From Bacteroidota bacterium (lineage in GTDB: Bacteria; Bacteroidota; Bacteroidia; UKL13-3): a stretch of 64,000 nucleotides of DNA. Position 1 is the stretch's first letter. The number at the start of each line of letters is the position of its first letter. Shown here piece after piece: positions 1 through 9,475 of the stretch. Made by a program: the position numbers and the translations under genes. Under the pieces are notes generated by a model that saw only the letters and a program-made list of their open reading frames with translations, did no database searches and was not told where the DNA came from. The stretch spans positions 18,610 to 82,609 of the forward strand of contig CANHGM010000013.1 of NCBI GenBank assembly GCA_947460345.1. The letters are read 5' to 3'.

Positions 1-58
1 ATTGAATCTTTCATATATGATATGCTTTTAAAAGCAATTTTAAATTATATATAGTGAC

Positions 59-1159
59 TTATAGTTTTACTTTTTCTCCTTCATTCAAATCTTGATACCC
101 AACAGTTATTAATTTATCTCCTGCTACTAAACCAGATTTAATTTCAATTTTCCCTCCATAGTTCATTCCTACTATTACTGCTTTTTTAACAGCTTTTCCA
201 TCTTTATATACGTATACAAATTGGCCACTTTCATCAGTTTGAATAGCATTAATAGGAATCACAATAGTAGATTTATTTTCATAATCTATTATCTTTAAAA
301 CGGCAACCATATTGGGTCTATAGTCATCTAAATTACCTGTTAATAATGCTTCAACATTAAAAGTTCTGGTAAGAGGGTTGATCACTTTACCTGAATAATT
401 TACTGTAGTTAACAACTCTATATTAATATCTGGCAAACTAACCAAAACTGGGTTTCCTGTTCTGATTTTACTTGCATAGGTTTCAGCTACATCAGCTTTA
501 ACTTTTAGTTTGTTGTTGTTTACAATTCTTATTGTTGTCATTCCCGGACTGGCCATTTGACCTACTTTTAATTGTACTTCATCTACTACACCATTTATTA
601 ACGATTTCACTTTATACATATCTAACTGCTCGTTCATAGTAGACATGCTTTTTTCTAATGCATCTTTGTTGTTTTTGGCTTGTAGAAATGCGATTTCAGA
701 ACCAATTTTTTGGTCCCATAAATTCTTTTGTCTTTCGAAAACTGTTTTAGCTAAATCATATCTATTTTTAAGTTCTTCCAAACCTTGTCTAGCGGCTTTG
801 TCATCAAGTGTTGCTAGTACCTGACCGGTTCTAACTACATCTCCTGCTTTTACCAACACCGAAGTAACAGTACCAGGCATTTTTGGTGAAACCAACACAT
901 TTTCATCCGCATCCACTTTACCTTGTATATCAATAAAGTGTTTAAAGGTTGACATTTGAATATCAGTTACAGCTACCATTTTAATTTTTGTTTCTTCATT
1001 GGTTGCCGTATCTAATTTTGCAATTTCTGCCTCTAAAGTAGAAACTTCTTTCTTAAGTTTATCTAACTGTTTTTTCTTATCAGCTAAACTACCTTTTTCT
1101 CCGCATGAAGTTATAACCAATGCAAGAGCAATTAATATTATATATATTGTATTTTTCAT
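59..1159 (-). CDS. Efflux transporter periplasmic adaptor subunit (membrane fusion protein, HlyD/RND-adaptor family), lipoprotein
   Basis: N-terminal signal with lipobox-like ITSCG. Long coiled-coil (KKKQLDKLKKEVSTLEAEIAKLD). Beta-barrel/lipoyl-like segments typical of MFP adaptors. Last gene of a TetR-TolC-MFP string; the cognate inner-membrane pump would lie beyond the window start. Confidence 0.75.
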   Translation of the reverse strand: MKNTIYIILIALALVITSCGEKGSLADKKKQLDKLKKEVSTLEAEIAKLDTATNEETKIKMVAVTDIQMSTFKHFIDIQGKVDADENVLVSPKMPGTVTSVLVKAGDVVRTGQVLATLDDKAARQGLEELKNRYDLAKTVFERQKNLWDQKIGSEIAFLQAKNNKDALEKSMSTMNEQLDMYKVKSLINGVVDEVQLKVGQMASPGMTTIRIVNNNKLKVKADVAETYASKIRTGNPVLVSLPDINIELLTTVNYSGKVINPLTRTFNVEALLTGNLDDYRPNMVAVLKIIDYENKSTIVIPINAIQTDESGQFVYVYKDGKAVKKAVIVGMNYGGKIEIKSGLVAGDKLITVGYQDLNEGEKVKL

Positions 1160-1176
1160 AAATTATTTTTTATACT

Positions 1177-2538
1177 TTATTGTTTTTTACCTATGGCTTT
1201 TTTCAAATCTGTTTTTGCAGTTAACAAATCGTATATGGCATTTAAATAACTAGTTTGTGATGATTTTAAATCTGTTTCAGCGGCTTGCAAATCAGTACTA
1301 TTAGACAACCCTTCTTTATATTTCTTTTGCGTTACATCCAATATTTTTTGTGCCAATTCCATATTTTTCTTTTGTTGAACTATCATTTGTGTAGCCATTT
1401 GGTATTTACTTCTAGCTGCTGAATACTCTAAAGAAAATGCATTGGTAACGTTAAAGATATCGTTTTTAAGCTTCATTTGACTGATATTTATTTGATCAAC
1501 CTTTGCTTTTTTCATAAATCCATCAAAAATGGGCACACTTGTTTTTAAACCAATAAGAGTAACAGGAACCCAAGGTAATTGAGGATAATGTTTAAACAAA
1601 TTATCATTATTTCTATTTAAAGAAAGATTATATCCGCCAAAAATCACAAGATTTGGAATCCATCCCATTTGGTATCTTTTTTTATCTAATACATTTAACG
1701 ATTCTTGTTGCTTTAATAGTTTATATTCATACCTATTTGAAACATTAAAATCAATACCCATCAAATCTTCAGCTTCCAGTTTATATAAGCTCTCTAAATT
1801 ATTAGTCAACTCAATTGGTGTTTTCACATCCATACCCATTTGAAGTTTTAAGGCTTGTAGTGATATATCATATAAATTTTCTAGATTTTTCTTTTGTATG
1901 TCTAAATTTGATAAGGCTAATTCAAGTTTATCTAAATCAATTGCTTCTACAAAACCTTGTGTATTCATAGCCTTCATTTCAATATATAGTTTTTGAATTC
2001 TCTCAGAATTTACTGATATTAAATTTATATTTTCATTTAAAGTTAATACTTGAAAATATGCTTTAGTCACATTTATTTCTGCGTCAAATTCAGACTTTAC
2101 ATATAGTTGGCTATATAAACTTGTGAGTTCTTTAGCGGCTTTTAATCCTATGATATACGAACCATCAAAAATTAATTGAGAAGCATTTATTCCCGCTTGT
2201 ATTTGCCACTGTGTTCCAAATTGCAATCTTTGATATTGGTCTTTAGGAGCTGCTGGATTAAATGCAGACAATGGAATGAAACTAGCAGGCAATTGTATAT
2301 AATCATTAACCGTAGCCGAACCACTGACTTGAGGCAAACCAATAGCTCTAACTTCATTCACTTGTGCTTTGGCTTTGTCTATATCAAGCTTTGCATTCTT
2401 GATACCTGGATTGTTTTTCTTAGCAAAATCTATTGCTTCAGCTAAAGAATATTTTTGCAATTGATTGGCATTATCTTGTGTCAAAGCTAACTTTGATAAA
2501 AACATAAAAACCAAGACTACATATATTTTATATTTCAT
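1177..2538 (-). CDS. TolC-family outer membrane efflux protein
   Basis: 453 aa with signal peptide and two-repeat alpha-helical/beta architecture rich in coiled-coil heptads. Sits between a TetR regulator and an MFP adaptor. Gap to the adaptor is 17 nt. Confidence 0.7.
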   Translation of the reverse strand: MKYKIYVVLVFMFLSKLALTQDNANQLQKYSLAEAIDFAKKNNPGIKNAKLDIDKAKAQVNEVRAIGLPQVSGSATVNDYIQLPASFIPLSAFNPAAPKDQYQRLQFGTQWQIQAGINASQLIFDGSYIIGLKAAKELTSLYSQLYVKSEFDAEINVTKAYFQVLTLNENINLISVNSERIQKLYIEMKAMNTQGFVEAIDLDKLELALSNLDIQKKNLENLYDISLQALKLQMGMDVKTPIELTNNLESLYKLEAEDLMGIDFNVSNRYEYKLLKQQESLNVLDKKRYQMGWIPNLVIFGGYNLSLNRNNDNLFKHYPQLPWVPVTLIGLKTSVPIFDGFMKKAKVDQINISQMKLKNDIFNVTNAFSLEYSAARSKYQMATQMIVQQKKNMELAQKILDVTQKKYKEGLSNSTDLQAAETDLKSSQTSYLNAIYDLLTAKTDLKKAIGKKQ

Positions 2539-2542
2539 AAAT

Positions 2543-3154
2543 TTATAATGATAATTCTTTTAATTTTATTTCTAAATATTCAAGTCCCTTATTGGTGCAA
2601 ATTCCTCTTAAATGATATTCTATAAACTGTGAATGAACCCTTGGAAATGCAAATTCATATGACGGAAAAATTTGTTCTGAGATTAACAATGATATAACTT
2701 CTACATAAATTTTTGCAATAACTTCTACATCTATCTTTTTTCTGTAAATTCCCTTTTTTATACCTTTCTCAAAATTGTTTTTTACTGAGTTAAAGATATA
2801 TTCGTTTTTAAAAGACTCAAATAAATTCCAACTTTCAGGATAATATTTTCTGATTTCATACATAGCAATTGGATTTATTTTTTTCATCGCAACTATCATA
2901 TGTTTCATTATTTCTAAAACTTCATCTATCGGGTTGTCAATTGAATTTAATTGCTGAATTTCTATGCAATTTTTATTTAATGATAAAGCAAAACATTGTT
3001 TGAGTAAATCGTTTTTGTCTTCAACAAATTGATATAGTGTTTTCTTACTAATACCTAACTCTCTACTTATATCATCCATAGTTACAGACTTAACACCTAT
3101 CTTCATAAATACCTGTACTGCTGAAATTAATATTTTATCTTTTGGCTCTTCCAA
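2543..3154 (-). CDS. TetR/AcrR family transcriptional regulator
   Basis: N-terminal HTH signature VKSVTMDDISRELGISKKTLYQFVEDKNDLL. 203 aa. 4-nt gap to the TolC gene, so probably the first gene of the efflux operon. Confidence 0.8.
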   Translation of the reverse strand: MEEPKDKILISAVQVFMKIGVKSVTMDDISRELGISKKTLYQFVEDKNDLLKQCFALSLNKNCIEIQQLNSIDNPIDEVLEIMKHMIVAMKKINPIAMYEIRKYYPESWNLFESFKNEYIFNSVKNNFEKGIKKGIYRKKIDVEVIAKIYVEVISLLISEQIFPSYEFAFPRVHSQFIEYHLRGICTNKGLEYLEIKLKELSL

Positions 3155-3244
3155 TGGTAATTAATATTTGTTTTTCTATATTATAAATAAAACAAAACAT
3201 TTAAGTTATAGTTTTTTTTAACGGCACAAAATTACACAATTAAT

Positions 3245-3282
3245 CCATTGGAAACAATTTTTTTTATAAATGTTTCCAATGG
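3245..3282. promoter_or_regulatory. Perfect 12-bp inverted repeat (ccattggaaaca N14 tgtttccaatgg): candidate operator or second terminator hairpin
   Basis: Read directly from the sequence. Arms are exact reverse complements separated by an AT-only 14-nt spacer. Lies ~90 nt upstream of the TetR start and ~60 nt downstream of the giant type-B gene stop. Confidence 0.3.
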
Positions 3283-3287
3283 GTTAT

Positions 3288-3323
3288 AAAAAAAAAACGG
3301 ACATCATTCCTGATGTCCGTTTC
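3288..3323 (-). terminator. Rho-independent terminator of the 2040-aa gene
   Basis: 10-bp stem acggacatca/tgatgtccgt with a 4-nt loop. Followed on the minus strand by a U10 run (A10 on plus at 3288-3297). Begins 18 nt after the stop at 3341. Confidence 0.6.
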
Positions 3324-3340
3324 TATAATACTTGTTTTAA

Positions 3341-6300
3341 TTATCTCATCAATTGTAAATTCCCATTCATATCGTATGGAAATCCATCTCTTCCTCTAGC
3401 TCTAACTGTAAATGCATAAACATCAGCTGGAGATGGTTTTCCTTTAAATGTTCCATCCCATCCTTTACTTGCATCATGAGTTTCAAATACCACCTCTCCC
3501 CATCTATTATATACTCTAAATACATAATCATTTATATCATCACCTTCAAATTTTGAATACAATGAAAGAGAAGTTGGTTTAAACACTTCGTTTTGGCCTG
3601 GACCTTTTCCGTCAGGCGAGAAGGCATTAGGAATAAAAATACGAGAAGGCACTACCGCACAATCAATATTTGAAATACTAGTATCAGGCAATACATCATT
3701 CTCAATGGCTACAACTCTGTAACAATAGTTTGTATATAAGTCTTCATAAACATTATTATCGGTATATGAAGTGTCTGTACTTGGAACAACAGCTACTTTT
3801 CTCCAATCATTACCGGGGTATAAAATCTGAATTAAATAATCTCTTACACCATAGTTCCAATATTGATAAGGTTTCCATTTTAGAACTACATAGTCATTAT
3901 CTATAGAAGCATCAAATAGTATAGATCTTCCTATCTCTGAACTTAATGGGCTCACATTCCCACAATAATCTTCTACATTTACTCTATATGTATAATCTCT
4001 GATATGCACATCTACATCATTTACATCTATGAAACTTGTCAAATTAGATTTGGTAAATGCATAATAATTCTGCCATCCTTTAGTATCATCATATTTGTCT
4101 ATTATATATCGTTTTATAGCTGGATGATTACTTGGAAGCCAGTTAGTAAGCACATATTTATCATCAATTACTGTAGTTCTAATCACCGTTACTATAGTAT
4201 CCGGGGAAATAAACGGAGCATGGTTCATAGCTGGATTGCTTAATGATTGCCAAGTCTGTGATTTATGGATTGCATATATTTGATAATGATAATCACTATC
4301 GCATAATAGCGAATCAATCATTGATGTATCATTTGGAGAAACTGTTCTATATAAATCAAATACAGGATTAGGTTGACCCGTGCCAAGTGCACCTTTCCAA
4401 ATTTGGTATTCTTTTAATTGGTTACCCCAACCCACATATGGTGTCCAAGTTACAATATTGGTCATTGGTGCAAGTGAGGCTGCAGTAAGAACCATATTTC
4501 TATGTTCGGTACCTGGTAATGAAACCCAACCACAAGAGTCAGCTGTAGTTAATGAATATGCATAAACAGTTGTTGTTGGATCTACTGCCGGTGGCGTTTC
4601 TTGGTAATATATATCAGTCGCAATATTTGATGAAAACACATTAATACCTGGAGGTGTAGTATTGTTTGGATCATCTCTATACAATTTATTTTGGAAGAAA
4701 GTAGTATCTAAATTTTGTTCCCAGAAAATATCAATATTGCCATTATTATATGAAACATATTGGATTTGTGTAGCAGCAGGTGGTATACTATCATCCATAT
4801 AAATATAATTTGATAATACTAATGTGTCTTTGCAACCATTACTATTATTTATTTTTAACGTAACAGTTTTACTTCCTGGTATTTGATAAATATGTGGTGC
4901 TGGTGCTGAAGAGATATCATTAGTAAAATCTCCAAAATCCCAGTCCCAGTCTGTAATAGCCACATCACTTAACGATAAATCTGTAAAATTAACAGGTTGC
5001 TTAAAACACAGCCATTGATTGTCAGCCATAAAATCTGCAGTTGGTTTTCTAAACACAGTTATATAGTTTGGCATGTTGATACTGTCTAAACAACCATATG
5101 AATTTGATGCTATAAGCTTCACTGTATATATACCTGGAGGATAACTTTCTTTAGGGTTTTTAACATTTTGAATATTTGTATTCCCAAGTATCCAATAGTA
5201 GCTATTTGCATAAAGAGTACTATCACCATATAGATCAGTCTCAAATGGTTCACAACCTTTAGTGTAAAAACTATATATTTTAGGTTTGGGTTTATTTACT
5301 ACCAACACTTTTGCATTTTTAGTAATACTATCAGCACAGTTGTTAATATTATTAGCCCATAACATGACGTTATATGATCCAACTCCATAGCCATGAGATG
5401 TATTGGTATTAATTGTATCAAATGTTGCATCTCCAAACTCCCATCTATATTTTGTGGCGAAGGAAGAAGTATTAGTAAAGGCTGAAAATATAGTATCACA
5501 ACCTAGAGTATCGTTCGAAGTAAATGAAGGTTTGGCTCTATTAAAAACCGTAATATAATTTGCTTTTAAAGAAGAATCTATACAGCCATTAATATTATTA
5601 GTGTAAAGTCTTACTGAATAAGTTCCAGGTGTCAAACTAAAGTTTGGATTCTTTTGATTGGACATAGATACGATAGTAGCGCCTTTAGTAACTACCCAAT
5701 AAAAAGAATCAGCATATAAAGATGAGTCTCCAAATACTTGGGTTGAAAATGGTTCACAACCTGAAGTTATATTACAATATATTTTAGGTACCGATTTTTC
5801 AAAGACCCTTATGAGGGTGTCTTTGGATATGCTGTCTTTACATCCATATGCATTGCTAGTAACTAATTTAATAGTATACTTACCTGGTGAGAAGGTATGG
5901 CTTGGATTTTTAGTTGTAGATGTAGTAGCATCGCCAAAATCCCAATTATATATACTTGCATTGGTTGACTTATCTGTAAAGTTAGAAGTGATTGAAGCAC
6001 ATTTAACTGAATCGTTTACTGCAAAAGCTGCTTTAGATCTGGCTCTGACTGTTATATAACTAGCTTTATACATAGAGTCTCCACAACCTGCTTGGTTGTT
6101 GACTTTTAGTTTTACATTATAAGTACCAGGAGCATAGCAATGTTGAGGATTTCGAACTGTATCTGTTGTTCCATCTCCAAAATCCCAATACCAAGTTTGT
6201 GCATATTTTGAAGTATCATGGAACTGAACACACCAAGGTTCACAAGCATCTAAAGTGTCAGAATAAAAATATGCTACTGATTTTTTAAATACTTTTATTG

Positions 6301-9300
6301 TATCAACCACATGACCAGCCGAGGGGTCTGGATATATTGCTGGATTTGGACATATATTAGAATATGCTGTGAGTTTTGTTACATATACATCATAGGTACT
6401 TCCTGGAGTACTTGAATAATAAGTGTGATTTGACAAATTGGTGTTGTTGGTACTACCATCTCCATAGTCAAACACTTTACTCACTATATTATAACTTTGA
6501 TCTGTAAAAGAAACAAGTAAAGGTTCACAACCAATAGTTTTATTTATTTTGTATTTAGGAACAGGGCCTACAAATTGTATATAACAGTTTTTAGTAAGCG
6601 TATCTTGGCAACCGTTTGCATTTATTGCTATTAGGCTTACATCAAAACAAGAGTCATTGGTTCTATATAAATTATCAGTAGAATCTGTAAAGACATTTTT
6701 GGTATTCCCGTCTCCAAAATTCCAAATATGATACGAGGCATTTTTTGAACTTGAAACAAATTTAACAAACTTTGGTGCACACTGATTTAATGTATCTGCT
6801 AATTTTACAACACTGAATTTAGGTATCACTCTTTCTATACATATATATTGGCTAATGGTATCCCAACATGCACCTTTCCAAGCTTTCATAGTAACCAAAT
6901 AACAACCTGAATCAGGGAAAGAAATGCCAGGAGATGAAGCTGAAAAGCCAGCTGATGTAGAATCAAAAATTACTTTTTTAGATGCAGTTGAAGGCACTGC
7001 AGACCAAGTATAATTGTTAGGGAAATTTTGTGAAGTATTAGTCACTTGCACTTTGGTTTTATAACATGCAGTAGTAGGAATGGAGAATCCGGCTGTTAGA
7101 CCAATAGATATCATGGAAGTTTTGGTAACTGTTTGCGAACAACCAGTTAACGTATCTGTAATTGTAAGTGATATATCATAAACCCCATTGACCCCAAATG
7201 TAATATTAGTACTAGCTGCTTTATAGTTTGCTATTGTAACACCTGTCGTAGGGCTTACTACCCATTCATATTTCATTGCTTTAACTGCAGTTGCTGGATG
7301 TATATTCTTCACAGACATACTATCAAACTTAATAGTTGACCCTTTACATCCTGAAGCTGAGGCAGATTTGAAACCAAAGTCCATGCTATTTACACATACA
7401 GAATCTACTTTCACCAAACTATCTTTACACAAAGCACTAGAGGAGCTTTTGGCTACATAAGCAATTGAATAACAACCTGGAACAGTAAAAGTGAACGACC
7501 CACTCGAACCTATAAAATAATTATTCGGATCCCATGTAGTACTATCATGATGCTTATAATAAAATTTATGCACTAGGGTTCCGATTTTAGGAGTGGTGGC
7601 TTCTGTGAATGTAACACTTGAGTTTACACATATACTTTTATTATCCATTAAAAAGTTTGCTTTAGGAGGTGCAATGGTAATAGTATCAAATGTGGTATCT
7701 AAACAACCTCCATCGGTCCACGAAATCATTCTACCTAAATACCTACCAGTATCACAATATCTGTATTGAGTAGTATCGAAAGAGAATTGTGCTTTAGTTG
7801 CATTTATGGTATCATGCTTTAATACCATTGTTGTATCTAATTTATTGTATAATGTTATCCAAATCCTTATTGAGTCACTTGAGTAATTGCCAGAATTATT
7901 TTTCCAAATTACTTTCTCACAAGTACAAAATCTTTTACTAGTATTGTTAGTATTTAATGAATCTCTAAAAACAAAAGCTAACTTAGGTCTTTTCAAATTA
8001 AAAAAAGAGGCATTTGTTACTGAATCTATACAACCAAATGTAGAACTAGAATCAATTAACCTTACAGTGTATTGACCAAACTTAGTAAGCATAATGCTCA
8101 AAGTATCCATATTCAGTTTTTGACTTGTTGCCGAAATTACCCCAGTGCTATCACTCACTATCCATCTAAAAAAGTTGTTAGTCCCTGGCGTTGTTTTTGT
8201 GTCATTATTAGCTTTAAACAGAGTAGGACTGCTACAGTTAGATTTAATTTTTGCAGAAAACTGTGTTACAGGGCCGACCATTCTAAATGGAATTTCTCTA
8301 GTACTACTGCATCCATTGTAACTAAACTTTGCAACCATTTTATAATTTGCTATAGTACTAAAATTAACTCTAAAAGAATCATTCCCATAAGAATATGCAT
8401 TTAAAGAACCAAGACATGCCCAACTCATAGTTCCTGAAGCTGGCAAACCTGATGTTACATTAGTAAATTTAGCATACTGTCTGTTGCAAAGAGTTGAATC
8501 ATCTATAGCTATATTTAATATAAATGTATCTCCAACATTTATATAATTTGTTTTAGTTAAATCATATGTACAACCAACAGAAGTTGTTATTTTAAGCGAA
8601 GCATCAAATGCTCCTGCATTAACATAAGATATTGTATCAGGTGCAGATGTTGTATCAGTTGATGGGCTGCCCCCATTAAATGTCCAATTATATTTTGTTA
8701 CTGTATTCCCATTTAAATTGATGCTAGGAGAAAATTTTGTCTTAAAAGCTTTACATCCTGAAGTAGGTGAAGCATTAAAATCAACAGTTGAAGCATTATA
8801 CACAAATACAGCAGTATCATATTTTTTATATAATTGACAACTATCTCCTTGACTAGTTAATAGTACTTCAACCTTTTTAGGGCCTGTAGAATTAAATTTA
8901 TGTCTAATAATAGGGCTATTATTGTTATAAGTTACTCCATCTATAATCCAAATTCTACTCACAATACCAGGGGTACTATCAATAATTGAAACTGAATCAG
9001 GTCCACTACATAAAATATTGGGAACAAAAGAAATTTTTGGTTGTTGCCCAACACCCGCTCTTACTATACTGTCTCTATTGATGGTACAAACAATTGCTCC
9101 TAAGTTATTGATTAACTCAACTTTCACATTGTAGTATCCTGAAGAAGTTAATACTGTTGAAAAGGTATCCGCCGAACTTGTAATACCCGTTGCATTTCCA
9201 ACGTAGTATTTAAAAACCATCCCTCCTGGATATCCGCCTACTTTGATTTTTAACTTGTAAGGCAAACATGAACTATCCTTATCTACAAAATAAGTATATT

Positions 9301-9463
9301 TTACATTTCCTGCTCCAATGCTATCTTTAGCTACTTGTAGCGTAACACTTCCGCATTGTGAATTTGCTCTATTAGAGGCAAACAAAGCCACTATTATTAT
9401 AACCAAAGCTTTAGTTAAAGTGTGTATATATCTCTTCATACTTTTATTGTAAATTTTTAACAT
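3341..9463 (-). CDS. Giant (2040 aa) secreted adhesin-like protein with a PKD-domain array and a T9SS type B C-terminal sorting domain (gliding-motility-associated CTD)
   Basis: The C-terminus carries the type-B CTD signature IFIPNAFSPDGKGPGQNEVFKP...FRVYNRWGEVVFET...WDGTFKGKPSPADVYAFTVRARGRDG. Many PKD-like repeats with W-D/N-FGDG cores (WDFGDGTTDTV, WDFGDATTST, WEFGDATFDT, WNFGDGNTKN). The N-terminal signal probably starts at the internal MKRYIH Met, about 9 codons into the ORF. Confidence 0.8.
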   Translation of the reverse strand: MLKIYNKSMKRYIHTLTKALVIIIVALFASNRANSQCGSVTLQVAKDSIGAGNVKYTYFVDKDSSCLPYKLKIKVGGYPGGMVFKYYVGNATGITSSADTFSTVLTSSGYYNVKVELINNLGAIVCTINRDSIVRAGVGQQPKISFVPNILCSGPDSVSIIDSTPGIVSRIWIIDGVTYNNNSPIIRHKFNSTGPKKVEVLLTSQGDSCQLYKKYDTAVFVYNASTVDFNASPTSGCKAFKTKFSPSINLNGNTVTKYNWTFNGGSPSTDTTSAPDTISYVNAGAFDASLKITTSVGCTYDLTKTNYINVGDTFILNIAIDDSTLCNRQYAKFTNVTSGLPASGTMSWACLGSLNAYSYGNDSFRVNFSTIANYKMVAKFSYNGCSSTREIPFRMVGPVTQFSAKIKSNCSSPTLFKANNDTKTTPGTNNFFRWIVSDSTGVISATSQKLNMDTLSIMLTKFGQYTVRLIDSSSTFGCIDSVTNASFFNLKRPKLAFVFRDSLNTNNTSKRFCTCEKVIWKNNSGNYSSDSIRIWITLYNKLDTTMVLKHDTINATKAQFSFDTTQYRYCDTGRYLGRMISWTDGGCLDTTFDTITIAPPKANFLMDNKSICVNSSVTFTEATTPKIGTLVHKFYYKHHDSTTWDPNNYFIGSSGSFTFTVPGCYSIAYVAKSSSSALCKDSLVKVDSVCVNSMDFGFKSASASGCKGSTIKFDSMSVKNIHPATAVKAMKYEWVVSPTTGVTIANYKAASTNITFGVNGVYDISLTITDTLTGCSQTVTKTSMISIGLTAGFSIPTTACYKTKVQVTNTSQNFPNNYTWSAVPSTASKKVIFDSTSAGFSASSPGISFPDSGCYLVTMKAWKGACWDTISQYICIERVIPKFSVVKLADTLNQCAPKFVKFVSSSKNASYHIWNFGDGNTKNVFTDSTDNLYRTNDSCFDVSLIAINANGCQDTLTKNCYIQFVGPVPKYKINKTIGCEPLLVSFTDQSYNIVSKVFDYGDGSTNNTNLSNHTYYSSTPGSTYDVYVTKLTAYSNICPNPAIYPDPSAGHVVDTIKVFKKSVAYFYSDTLDACEPWCVQFHDTSKYAQTWYWDFGDGTTDTVRNPQHCYAPGTYNVKLKVNNQAGCGDSMYKASYITVRARSKAAFAVNDSVKCASITSNFTDKSTNASIYNWDFGDATTSTTKNPSHTFSPGKYTIKLVTSNAYGCKDSISKDTLIRVFEKSVPKIYCNITSGCEPFSTQVFGDSSLYADSFYWVVTKGATIVSMSNQKNPNFSLTPGTYSVRLYTNNINGCIDSSLKANYITVFNRAKPSFTSNDTLGCDTIFSAFTNTSSFATKYRWEFGDATFDTINTNTSHGYGVGSYNVMLWANNINNCADSITKNAKVLVVNKPKPKIYSFYTKGCEPFETDLYGDSTLYANSYYWILGNTNIQNVKNPKESYPPGIYTVKLIASNSYGCLDSINMPNYITVFRKPTADFMADNQWLCFKQPVNFTDLSLSDVAITDWDWDFGDFTNDISSAPAPHIYQIPGSKTVTLKINNSNGCKDTLVLSNYIYMDDSIPPAATQIQYVSYNNGNIDIFWEQNLDTTFFQNKLYRDDPNNTTPPGINVFSSNIATDIYYQETPPAVDPTTTVYAYSLTTADSCGWVSLPGTEHRNMVLTAASLAPMTNIVTWTPYVGWGNQLKEYQIWKGALGTGQPNPVFDLYRTVSPNDTSMIDSLLCDSDYHYQIYAIHKSQTWQSLSNPAMNHAPFISPDTIVTVIRTTVIDDKYVLTNWLPSNHPAIKRYIIDKYDDTKGWQNYYAFTKSNLTSFIDVNDVDVHIRDYTYRVNVEDYCGNVSPLSSEIGRSILFDASIDNDYVVLKWKPYQYWNYGVRDYLIQILYPGNDWRKVAVVPSTDTSYTDNNVYEDLYTNYCYRVVAIENDVLPDTSISNIDCAVVPSRIFIPNAFSPDGKGPGQNEVFKPTSLSLYSKFEGDDINDYVFRVYNRWGEVVFETHDASKGWDGTFKGKPSPADVYAFTVRARGRDGFPYDMNGNLQLMR

Positions 9464-9475
9464 GCGAATATAATA

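Noticed and set aside
4004-8404. Several 60-110-aa plus-strand ORFs inside the 2040-aa type-B gene
   Set aside because: Antisense to a continuous 6.1-kb frame with PKD and CTD signatures. No independent support.
3341-9463. Possibility that the PKD arrays are mobile or CRISPR-like repeats
   Set aside because: The repeats are protein-domain repeats of about 80-100 aa with divergent DNA, inside one open frame. They are not interspersed DNA repeats.
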